Assembly: GCA_964511015.1 (NCBI GenBank)
Contig: CAZEDX010000014.1
Location: 10,979-74,978 of the forward strand
Reading direction: 5' to 3'
Length of the DNA stretch: 64,000 nt
DNA from: an uncultured bacterium
Lineage (GTDB): Bacteria; Lernaellota; Lernaellaia; Lernaellales; Lernaellaceae
The position numbers and the translations under genes are program-made. Positions 1 to 7,917 of this stretch are shown here, one piece after another (positions within the stretch are counted from its first letter, which is position 1; every line of letters begins with the position of its first letter). The notes under the pieces were generated by a model that saw only the letters and a list, made by a program, of their open reading frames with translations, did no database searches and had not been told where the DNA came from.

Positions 1-656
1 TGCAGCAGCTTCGTGATCGAACCGCCTTCGATCACAATCCGGTAGTCGGAAAGCAGGGCGATGCGCGGGTCGTGTGTGACGAAGATGAAGATCTTGCGGT
101 GTTTGCGCAACAACTCCAACGCGCGCGTGCGGTGAATGCCGGCGTTTTCGACTTCGTCGAGCAACACGATTGGCGTATTGCAGATGATCGTCGCATCGGC
201 GATCAGCATGGCGCGCGTCTGGCCGCCCGACAATTCGGTCATCGTGTTTTCCATGATGATCGGCTCGCCGGTAAGCTGATTGGCGAAATCCACCGCTTCC
301 TGAACCAGCGAATCGACCTTTGACGGGTCGGTACAACGGATGCTCGCGTGCACCCGCAAGAACTCGCGCACTGACAGGTCTGAAAGAAAGTTGGTGTGCT
401 GAGTGATCAGCGCAATCGGGTTAGACGACGGGTTGTCACGATAAGCGGCCGGCGGACGTTGACCGTCGATCAATACGTTGCGGCCGGTGGGGGTGTCGCC
501 GGCAGCGAACAGCTCGATGTCATTGATCAGTGTCGTTTTGCCCGAACCGGTTGGCCCGACAATGCTGACGACATCGCCCATGTTCAGGTCGATGCGTTGC
601 ACGGCTTCGGGCTGGCCGTTCTTGCCGTGGCCACCCAGAATAGTAATGGTTTGCAT
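1..656 (-). CDS. ABC transporter ATP-binding protein (partial; C-terminus runs off the window start)
   Basis: Reverse-strand translation from ATG(656): MQTITILGGHGKNG... Walker A GPTGSGKTT, ABC signature LSGGQ, Walker B VLLDE, H-loop FVTHD. AAGGAGG RBS upstream. Confidence 0.85.
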   Translation of the reverse strand, partial: MQTITILGGHGKNGQPEAVQRIDLNMGDVVSIVGPTGSGKTTLINDIELFAAGDTPTGRNVLIDGQRPPAAYRDNPSSNPIALITQHTNFLSDLSVREFLRVHASIRCTDPSKVDSLVQEAVDFANQLTGEPIIMENTMTELSGGQTRAMLIADATIICNTPIVLLDEVENAGIHRTRALELLRKHRKIFIFVTHDPRIALLSDYRIVIEGGSITKLL

Positions 657-713
657 GTCGCTTTACCTCCTTGTCCGATCTGAAATATCGGAATAGTGGT
701 GAAAAAAAAGGAC

Positions 714-1115
714 TTATGACACATCCGCTAGCGTGGTTTCCTCCAATTTGCGGGCGGTGTAGTCGCGGATTTCCCGGAACACAGCCACCAGCTTTTCTTC
801 GGTTTCGATGGGGGTTGATTCGTAATAATGCTGGCTCACCGACTCTGTGGGGGCGAGGGCGCCGTCAAAAAATCGAATGATTTCCGCCACGGAAATCTCG
901 TGCGCATCTTTGGCCAAGCGAAACCCTCCGTGTTGTCCTTTGGAACTCATCAGGTAGCGGGCGCGCTTGAGGGCCAACAGAATCTGCTCCAAGAACCGGA
1001 GCGGGATCTTCTGTTCTTTGGCAATGTGCTCGGCGCTCACGTAACCTTCACCGTCGTGCCGCGCTAGATAGATCAGCGCCAGCAAAGCGTATTCGCTACG
1101 GGACGTGAGCTTCAT
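714..1115 (-). CDS. Rrf2-family transcriptional regulator (no Cys cluster, so non-Fe-S type)
   Basis: 133 aa. N-terminal wHTH typical of Rrf2 (LTSRSEYALLALIYLARH...VSAEHIAKEQKIPLRFLEQILLALKRARYLMSSKG). Lies upstream of, and co-oriented with, the ABC ATPase. GAGGTG RBS. Perfect palindrome TTGTCCGACAA at 1131-1141, immediately upstream of the start. Confidence 0.8.
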   Translation of the reverse strand: MKLTSRSEYALLALIYLARHDGEGYVSAEHIAKEQKIPLRFLEQILLALKRARYLMSSKGQHGGFRLAKDAHEISVAEIIRFFDGALAPTESVSQHYYESTPIETEEKLVAVFREIRDYTARKLEETTLADVS

Positions 1116-1214
1116 CGGGACAGCACCTCATGATTGTCCGACAAATCCGATGCAATTAGTGCTATAAACTCGATTGTTTGTCAAGAGGAAAATACAGGCG
1201 ACAATCCGGGATGG

Positions 1215-3239
1215 TTAGCAGCCGCACCCGCTGTCGGGTTTGGAACCTGTCATATCGTCGCTCGAACCGGTGCCGGGCAATCCGTCGTCGTCACTGTCAT
1301 CGTCGCCGATAAGATCATCATCGTCGTCGTCACCGTCATCATCGTCGGCATCATCGTCGTTGTCGTCATCGTTGTCGTCATCGCTATCATCATCACTGTC
1401 GTCATCGGCGTCGTCGTCCACATCGTCGTCCGCGTCATCGTCGCTGTCGTCGTCGGTCGAATCATCGTCCGGCAAAACGCACGAATCCGTGTTTTCGTTG
1501 CATTCTTCCCAGTCGTCACAGGGATTGCCGGTGGAGGCGCACTCGTCGGCGCCTTCATTACAGTATTCCACGCCGTTGCAAAATTCGCCGTCTTGTTCAC
1601 AACGGGGGCTGGCTTCGTCGTACTCGCTCACGCATATGTCGGCATCTTCGTCACACGATTCCTCGCCGTTGCACCACTGGCCGTCATCGGGGCAACGGGG
1701 ATTCGTCATCGGGTCATTGACGCTGTAACACTCGTCATTGTTTTCATCGCATTGCTCGATGCCGTTGCACCATAAGCCGTCATCCACGCACCGGATTCCG
1801 GCGTGAACGAGACACTCACCGAGATAGCAACTGTCGTCGCCGTTGCACCAGATTCCGTCGTCGCAGGGCAGGGTGTTGTTCTGGTAGCTGCAGAAACTGA
1901 CGTTGCACCATTGGTTGGTGCAACCGTTGTTGTCTTCGCATTGCTCGTCGTAGAAGCAGGCGTCGAGGAAGCGGCCTTTGACGAAGGTAACCGCGCCGCC
2001 CGCCTGTACCGATTCCCAAGCCACAAACATCTTGCCCTTCGGGCTCATGCTCACGGTCGAATGCCGTTGGTCGTCATAGACGTAGAAATTGATGATGTAC
2101 TCGTTCGTGAGGGTGGTTCCGTCGGCGAAAAACGGCCGGCCGTAGATCGCGGGCTGCTCGCCGTCGGTGGTTCCCTCCATGCGCCAGGTGACGACAAAAT
2201 CGCCGCTTTCGTCGCAGGCCACTGATTCCACCGCGACATCGGCGTAAGTAAACGTGTTGACCGCCAACTTGTTGCCTATTGCCGCGCCGGCCGCGGTGAA
2301 GCGCTGGGCGAAGGCCCGTGTGGTTTCGCCAGTCGCCGACTCATCCCACGCGACGACGAACGTGCCGTTTTCGGCCATTGCCACATGTGGATGGGCGGGT
2401 GTGCCGCCGCCGGTCGGGTTAATGCGGAACTCGCTTCCTTGCGCCACGCCGTCACCATCGTACAAACGGCCGAAGATGTTGCCGTCCTGCCCCAAGGACT
2501 GCCACACAACCACGGTGTCGCCGGTGGAGTTCATGGCGATTGCCGGGTCAATCTGATCGCCGGTCGTGGTGCTGTTGACGCGGAACTCGTCGCCCAGCAT
2601 CTCGCCGGACGCACTAAAACGCTGGCCGTAAATGCCCAAGCCGCTGCCGTCCTGGCCGGCAGACACCCAAATCACCAAATACGCGCCATTGTCGGCCATC
2701 TCAATCGCGGGAGCGGTCTGATCGGAACTGCTGTAGGTGTTGACCACATTGTCGGCCCCAAGCTGGCCGCCGGTGGCCGTGAAGCGCCGCATATAAATGT
2801 CGGAATCGCCGGTCTGGTTGGAGGCCCAAACCGCCGTGAATTTTCCATCTTCGTCCAACGCCACCGCCGGCGTTACCTGATCGCCGGCGGTATTCGAGTT
2901 GACGGCGAAGTCGCCGCCGACCGGTGAGCCGCCGACGCCGAATATCCGCGCGTAGACCTCCCAATCGCCTACGTTACCGGTGCCAGCAGACCAGACGACA
3001 ACCGACCGGCCGCCGGAACTGGTGGCGACCATCGGGTCGACATGCCGGCCGGTGGATGACGTGTTGATGCCCATCTCTGCGTTCTTGACTGAAGTCGCCG
3101 TAAGATCGACCGGGTTGTCGTTCGCCCCGGAGAGGGAATCAGAGATGATGCCCTCTTCGTCCGACTCGATTTCGCCGCAACCAGCGGCCAAATACGCCAC
3201 AACCAACACCAACATCATCAAGATTCTCTGCATCGGCAT
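1215..3239 (-). CDS. Secreted lipoprotein: 7-repeat beta-propeller-like domain + Myxococcus-type cysteine-rich repeats + poly-Asp linker + terminal GCGC
   Basis: Start assigned to MPMQRILMMLVLVVAYLAAGC (lipobox LAAGC; GGGAGG RBS). The ORF-track start at 3296 is probably too far upstream. About seven repeats of the form xVVxWxSxGxxG...IYGQRF. Then repeated CxDGxWCNGxExC units. Tail ...DDDSDDDGLPGTGSSDDMTGSKPDSGCGC then stop. Confidence 0.8.
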   Translation of the reverse strand: MPMQRILMMLVLVVAYLAAGCGEIESDEEGIISDSLSGANDNPVDLTATSVKNAEMGINTSSTGRHVDPMVATSSGGRSVVVWSAGTGNVGDWEVYARIFGVGGSPVGGDFAVNSNTAGDQVTPAVALDEDGKFTAVWASNQTGDSDIYMRRFTATGGQLGADNVVNTYSSSDQTAPAIEMADNGAYLVIWVSAGQDGSGLGIYGQRFSASGEMLGDEFRVNSTTTGDQIDPAIAMNSTGDTVVVWQSLGQDGNIFGRLYDGDGVAQGSEFRINPTGGGTPAHPHVAMAENGTFVVAWDESATGETTRAFAQRFTAAGAAIGNKLAVNTFTYADVAVESVACDESGDFVVTWRMEGTTDGEQPAIYGRPFFADGTTLTNEYIINFYVYDDQRHSTVSMSPKGKMFVAWESVQAGGAVTFVKGRFLDACFYDEQCEDNNGCTNQWCNVSFCSYQNNTLPCDDGIWCNGDDSCYLGECLVHAGIRCVDDGLWCNGIEQCDENNDECYSVNDPMTNPRCPDDGQWCNGEESCDEDADICVSEYDEASPRCEQDGEFCNGVEYCNEGADECASTGNPCDDWEECNENTDSCVLPDDDSTDDDSDDDADDDVDDDADDDSDDDSDDDNDDDNDDDADDDDGDDDDDDLIGDDDSDDDGLPGTGSSDDMTGSKPDSGCGC

Positions 3240-3422
3240 TGTCGAAGCCTCCCGTTTCCTCGCGTTTGAGAGGGGCCGCTTTCCCCGGTTCGGCAATCAC
3301 GTTTGTATAGCAGTTCCCCAACCACAAAAATTTTTGTTCGCCTCCAAGCTATCTAACATCTTTTTGCCCGTCAACCAACGAAAGCAGCGCCGGCGGCCGG
3401 TGTTGGCGGGGGTAAATAATAC

Positions 3423-3454
3423 TTGACAGTCAGTAATACGATTTATAAAATCGT
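3423..3454 (+). promoter_or_regulatory. sigma70-like promoter (TTGACA-17-TAAAAT) overlapped by a 7-3-7 palindrome, ACGATTT-ATA-AAATCGT, upstream of cbiM
   Basis: TTGACA at 3423-3428, TAAAAT at 3446-3451. Palindrome 3438-3454 overlaps the -10, which is the geometry expected of an operator. About 50 bp upstream of the cbiM ATG. Confidence 0.45.
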
Positions 3455-3503
3455 AACACAAGGTCTGGAGCAGACAACCAACGTTGGAAAGGACGGACAG
3501 CAA

Positions 3504-4151
3504 ATGCACATTCCCGATGGATTCGTCAGTGCTCCCATCAATTTTGTAACCTACGCCATTTCAACGGCGACGATGGGGTTTGCGATGGTGCGCGCCCGGC
3601 GCACCCTCGATGAACGAACGACCCCGTTGTTGGGCGTAACCGCCGCGTTCGTGTTCGCGGCGCAGATGTTGAACTTTCCCGTAGCCGGTGGTACGAGCGG
3701 GCATTTTCTCGGTGCGGTACTGGCCGGCATTCTACTCGGCCCGCTCAACGCCTGTCTGGTGTTGGGCCTGGTGCTGATCATTCAGTGTCTGGTGTTCGCC
3801 GACGGCGGCCTCACCGCGCTCGGGTCAAACATACTGATCATGGGGGTGGTCGGCGGCATCGGCGGAACCAGCCTTTATCTGCTGTTGCGGCGGGTATTGC
3901 CGCAAACAAAGCTGGGCTTTTCGCTGGCCACCGCCATCGCCTCTTGGGCGTCAGTAGTGGCGGCGTCGTTGGTCTGCGCGATGATGCTGGCTCTTTCCGG
4001 CACGTCGCCTGCCGGCTTGATCATCCCGGCGATGGGTGGCGTGCACGCACTAATCGGTGTGGGAGAAGCACTGATTACCACCACTGTGGTGAACATGGTT
4101 GCCTTGGCCAGGCCTGATCTTCTGCCGGCACCGGTGAGAGGTGTGCAATGA
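3504..4151 (+). CDS. cbiM: CbiM/NikM-family Co/Ni transporter substrate-capture subunit (ECF type)
   Basis: Begins MHIPDGF, the conserved N-terminus of CbiM/NikM, and has multiple TM helices. The ORF-track start at 3423 is upstream of the conserved Met. Confidence 0.8.
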   Translation: MHIPDGFVSAPINFVTYAISTATMGFAMVRARRTLDERTTPLLGVTAAFVFAAQMLNFPVAGGTSGHFLGAVLAGILLGPLNACLVLGLVLIIQCLVFADGGLTALGSNILIMGVVGGIGGTSLYLLLRRVLPQTKLGFSLATAIASWASVVAASLVCAMMLALSGTSPAGLIIPAMGGVHALIGVGEALITTTVVNMVALARPDLLPAPVRGVQ

Positions 4152-4462
4152 ACGATCGCACGAAGGCTTATCTTTGGATCGCCGTTGGCTTGTGTTTCTT
4201 CCTCGCCATTTTCATTTCGCCTTGGGCGTCGTCTTCTCCAGACGGCCTGGAACGTGTGGCAGAGGACCAGGGTTTTCTGAAAAAAGCTGAAGAACCGGGT
4301 ACCGTTGTTTGGGAACACGCGCCGGTAGCTGACTACGCAATGCCGGGCATCACCAACGAGAGTGTCGCCACGGCGGTTGCCGGCGGACTGGGCGTATTGG
4401 GTACGTTGTGCATCGGTTGGGGGCTGGCGCATGTGCTCCGGCGAAAGCCGACCTCGGCCTAG
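4148..4462 (+). CDS. PDGLE-domain small membrane protein (CbiN/NikN-like partner of CbiM)
   Basis: 104 aa. TM helix at each end, PDGLE motif (SSPDGLERVAEDQGF). ATGA start/stop overlap with cbiM. Confidence 0.65.
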   Translation: MNDRTKAYLWIAVGLCFFLAIFISPWASSSPDGLERVAEDQGFLKKAEEPGTVVWEHAPVADYAMPGITNESVATAVAGGLGVLGTLCIGWGLAHVLRRKPTSA

Positions 4463-4490
4463 GCCCGTAAGCACAAGTGGATTCTGCATA

Positions 4491-5330
4491 ATGACCGCCA
4501 AACGCGGCGCGAGGAGGGGAAAACTGTTGAAGAAGAGCGTCGGTGTAGTCTGTCTAGTGTTGCTTGTTGGGTGTACCGCCGCTTACGGCGCCGACACCGT
4601 CGAGACTTACGACCAAAATGCGGCAGACTTCGAATTCAGTATGGGGATCGACGGGCTGAACCTCGACAAATACGAGAAAGCGGTCTGTGGCAGTGTGCTG
4701 GTCGGCTATGGCCTGTTGCCGCGCTTTTCCGGCTACGTATCGCTGAGCGCCGCCGCCGACGAATACCTGACCTACGGTGAAAGCGGCTACTCGTTCGGCC
4801 TGTTCGGCACGCCCGTCGATACCGACCATTTCGATCTCGACCTTATGTTGGATATCGGCATGGGTGGGGAGGCGATGGGTGAAATGGGGGTGACCCCGGC
4901 GATCGAACTTAACTTCGATTTGCTGCCGGACCTCGGACGCTGGGGGCTGTACGCCCGGCTGGAGGATTCCATCGCTGGTCGCGATGAATCGACACCCGAC
5001 GATCCGGCGACGAACGCGGATGAGGCGGAGAAGAAGTACGAAATCAACCATGGCCTCAACCAGACCTACGGCACATACGTGACCATCGCCGAACGGCATC
5101 AGCTTCTTGCCGAATACTATCACCTGTCGAACACCAACGAGGCCGAGGGCGAACTGGCTTCCGATATCGGCGGATTCGCACTTGGCTACAACGTCATGCT
5201 GACCGACGACTTCGAATTGACCAGCCAGGTCAGCTACCATCCGAGCCACGACGACCAGGATGAGATCTGGGGCGCCGCGGTGGGCATCATCGTGGCGATT
5301 CCAGGCGCGCCTCCGGTAGCGGGGGAGTAG
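4491..5330 (+). CDS. Hypothetical lipoprotein
   Basis: Start chosen at MTAKRGARRGKLLKKSVGVVCLVLLVGC (lipobox LLVGC). Acidic, with no recognisable domain. Confidence 0.5.
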   Translation: MTAKRGARRGKLLKKSVGVVCLVLLVGCTAAYGADTVETYDQNAADFEFSMGIDGLNLDKYEKAVCGSVLVGYGLLPRFSGYVSLSAAADEYLTYGESGYSFGLFGTPVDTDHFDLDLMLDIGMGGEAMGEMGVTPAIELNFDLLPDLGRWGLYARLEDSIAGRDESTPDDPATNADEAEKKYEINHGLNQTYGTYVTIAERHQLLAEYYHLSNTNEAEGELASDIGGFALGYNVMLTDDFELTSQVSYHPSHDDQDEIWGAAVGIIVAIPGAPPVAGE

Positions 5331-5347
5331 AGCCGGCGTAACAGAAA

Positions 5348-5369
5348 GGGCGGAACCATGGTTCCGCCC
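5348..5369. terminator. Bidirectional hairpin (perfect 22-nt palindrome GGGCGGAACCATGGTTCCGCCC) between convergent genes
   Basis: Perfect palindrome followed by T-rich sequence on both strands (TTGTGTTTT on +, TTTCTGTT on -). Confidence 0.6.
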
Positions 5370-5434
5370 TTGTGTTTTGACCGAAGCCGGGTTCGAGAGG
5401 CTAGCCCCAAACCCTTGCCGGTTTTCGTTCTTCG

Positions 5435-7714
5435 TCAGCAGCCGCAGCCACTGTCATCGTCATCGTCGCCGCCGCCACCGTCCGCGGTGTCGTCATCATC
5501 ATCATCGTCGCTGTCGTCGTCGGTTACGTCGTCGTCGGTGATATCGTCGTCGGTGATATCGTCGTCGGTGACATCGTCATCGGCGTCGTCGTCGCTGTCG
5601 TCGTCGACGTTTTCCACGCATTCGTCATTGGTTTCGTCGCAAGTCTCGTCGGCATCGCACGGATCGCCCGAGCTGACGCATTGGTCGTTGGTTTCGTCGC
5701 ACGACTCGGTGCCGTTGCAGTACTCGCCGTCATCGCCGCAGGGATCGCCGGGCGAGGTGCACGCGCCGGCCGAGCAGATTTCCTCGCCGTCGCAATAGGT
5801 GCCGTTAGAGGTGCAGGCGATGCCGTCATGGTCGGACCAGCCGTCGGTGGCGACGGTAGTGTCGCACCACTGGCATTCGTTGTCGGGATTGACCGTGCCG
5901 TCGGGGTGGCACGTGTAGTCGATGTAGCATCCGTCGCAGGTCGGGAAGGTCGCTTCGGCGAAATATGCCGGGATCGGGGCAAAGATGTACGGCCATTGCC
6001 TTCCGTCGCCGATGTTTGTGTCGTGTGTGTAGAAGACGAAGCCTACCGCATCGCCCGGATTGGCCGAGAACTGTCCGCCGGCCATATCCATACGTACTTC
6101 GAATTGCACATGCGCCTCAGCGGTCGTGCCGAAAGCCCCCACGATGTCTTCCCCGGCGACAGGCGCGCAGAAAATACCCGCGCCGTAAATCGCCGTGAAC
6201 ATATAGGTCGGCCCGCCGGCTCCATAAATGAACGAAAGATAACCTTCATTGCCGCAAGAAGTCGGCCACGCTTCGTCGTTGTTGCTGTCGAAGTAGATGT
6301 CGATACGGTCGCCACTGCTCAGCGCGACATCGCCGAGGTCGTCAACGGCCAGGTACAGGTAGTCGCCGTTGGCCATCAGGTGCAGATCGTATTCGAGGTC
6401 GCCGATGACCGGAATCTCCAAGGCATCGTCCCACTCGCCGGCGTCCAGGTCGCCGTCAATGGTCGGCGGTTCCTCGGCCCATGGAATGGACACTTGCGGT
6501 CTCTCGAATTCCGGCAGATTTGCCCGTGCATACGTGCCCGGCCTCATCCACATGGCCTCTTCCGGCCACTGCGCCCAACCAAAGGTCGTCCAGTCGGTGT
6601 AGCCGGTGCGCAGACCGATGGAGTCTCCCAGGCCCACGTTCATCTCGGTGGAATTCGAGGCCACCCGGAACTCGAATACCACGTTGCCGTCGCCTTGGAA
6701 TGTGGTGGCCGAATAGACGTGTTCCGCCGGCACCGTGGAGCAGACGGAGTATTCTTGCCACGGCCGGAACATCGCCACGTTGCCGGCGGCGTGGTAGTCA
6801 AGCCAGTAGTTCCCTTCGTCACTGCAGTCAGCCGGCCAGCCGCCATTGTAGTCATTGTCGAAGTACACCATGACTTCGTCCGTATCCGTCAGCGTGGTGT
6901 CATTGGTCACGAACGCGCCATAGAGGAAGCCGGCGTCGGCGAGATAATAGGCCGTATAATCCACCCCGCCAGCCATGCTGGCGGCTTCGACCACCACCGC
7001 ATCGTTCCATTCTTCGTCCTCGAACACACCGTCGATCCGCGGCGGGATGTGAACATACGGGATGTCGATTTCCTCCGGCTCGGTGGCGAAGAACAGGTCG
7101 GCATACAGGGTCGGATCGCCGATCGACGCGTCGGTCGGGTAGAGCAGATACCCCGCGGCGTTGTCGAAATAATACATAGCGAAGCCGATGTCGGCCCCTT
7201 GATCGAGATTCATCGGGTCGACCGTAAAGTCGATCTTCGTTTCATACACCATATGACCGCTGGCGAAGGAGGCCGCGGTGGCCACGATCGCGGCCGGTCC
7301 GGTCACCGCTGTGCACGTGCCTTCGGTCGAGAATGGACGGAAATACGTGTTGTTGTTGCCGGCAACCGTGAACCGACCCTCGTTGCTGGTGACACAGGTC
7401 GACGGCCAAGTGTTGTCGTTGTTGGTGTCGAAATAGAACATCGCCTGGTCGTTCTGCCCGCTGTTGGTGGTATCTCCGGTAACGTCCCATGCCAAATACA
7501 AATATTGGCCGTCGGATTTCATGTAGAAGTAGGTCACCGGCGGCCCGGTCAAGTCGATGCGGTAGGCGCCGGCCCATTCGTCCCAGTCGATGGTTCCGTC
7601 GATGATCGGCGTGATCCGTTGCCAGTAGGTATAGTTGGTGTCCACCGCCCCCGCAGTCGCGACAACCAGCAATAGCACCGCCAGCCCCAAGGCTACTGTC
7701 ACCAGCTTTTTCAT
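5435..7714 (-). CDS. Secreted protein: three CBM9-like domains + Myxococcus-type Cys-rich repeats + poly-Asp linker + terminal GCGC
   Basis: Signal peptide MKKLVTVALGLAVLLLVVATAGA. Three repeats beginning IDGxxDxxEWxxA (CBM9-like). Then a CxxDGxxxxCxWC cluster. Tail ...DDDDDDDTADGGGGDDDDDSGCGC then stop. Confidence 0.75.
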   Translation of the reverse strand: MKKLVTVALGLAVLLLVVATAGAVDTNYTYWQRITPIIDGTIDWDEWAGAYRIDLTGPPVTYFYMKSDGQYLYLAWDVTGDTTNSGQNDQAMFYFDTNNDNTWPSTCVTSNEGRFTVAGNNNTYFRPFSTEGTCTAVTGPAAIVATAASFASGHMVYETKIDFTVDPMNLDQGADIGFAMYYFDNAAGYLLYPTDASIGDPTLYADLFFATEPEEIDIPYVHIPPRIDGVFEDEEWNDAVVVEAASMAGGVDYTAYYLADAGFLYGAFVTNDTTLTDTDEVMVYFDNDYNGGWPADCSDEGNYWLDYHAAGNVAMFRPWQEYSVCSTVPAEHVYSATTFQGDGNVVFEFRVASNSTEMNVGLGDSIGLRTGYTDWTTFGWAQWPEEAMWMRPGTYARANLPEFERPQVSIPWAEEPPTIDGDLDAGEWDDALEIPVIGDLEYDLHLMANGDYLYLAVDDLGDVALSSGDRIDIYFDSNNDEAWPTSCGNEGYLSFIYGAGGPTYMFTAIYGAGIFCAPVAGEDIVGAFGTTAEAHVQFEVRMDMAGGQFSANPGDAVGFVFYTHDTNIGDGRQWPYIFAPIPAYFAEATFPTCDGCYIDYTCHPDGTVNPDNECQWCDTTVATDGWSDHDGIACTSNGTYCDGEEICSAGACTSPGDPCGDDGEYCNGTESCDETNDQCVSSGDPCDADETCDETNDECVENVDDDSDDDADDDVTDDDITDDDITDDDVTDDDSDDDDDDDTADGGGGDDDDDSGCGC

Positions 7715-7856
7715 CGAATCCTCCTTCTCTTGTCGTCCTGCAAACGATTGCCCGACATCTTACGGTGATGCGCCATGTTTTGATGGATTGTCGGTTGCTG
7801 TTGGACAAGTCGTCCAAACGACTAATACCACACCTTGAAAAGGCGACGCAAAGGTC

Positions 7857-7888
7857 AAAAAAAAGGGGCGAAGCCGCAGCCCCGCCCC
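7857..7888 (-). terminator. Rho-independent terminator of the subtilase gene
   Basis: Minus strand reads GGGGCGGGGCTGCGGCTTCGCCCC followed by TTTTTTTT. Confidence 0.7.
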
Positions 7889-7917
7889 TATGGTTCGTCC
7901 GTTCTTCCGGCTAACGT

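Noticed and set aside
1215-1217. Stop-codon readthrough or selenocysteine after the GCGC tails, which would add a hidden TM helix.
   Set aside because: The stops are a mixture of TAA, TGA and TAG. The downstream sequence in frame is non-hydrophobic or non-coding. Several tails are followed directly by terminator hairpins.
1240-1728. Poly-Ser/Thr ORFs such as 1240-1728, 5358-5798, 12344-12709, 39528-39776 and 62499-62870, and poly-Arg/His ORFs such as 7890-8189.
   Set aside because: These are alternate-frame or antisense readings of the GAC-rich tandem repeats that encode the poly-Asp linkers. They are not independent genes.
5681-7675. 664-aa plus-strand ORF. Similar long ORFs lie at 8299-10293, 13882-14916, 15156-17216, 17194-18894, 21103-22821 (-), 38351-39451, 43857-45020, 46723-48177, 49122-50531, 59171-60676 and 60713-62851.
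   Set aside because: They lie antisense to well-supported genes. They are Arg/Gly/Ala/Val-rich with no motifs. This is the expected behaviour of high-GC DNA, where stop codons are rare on the complementary strand.
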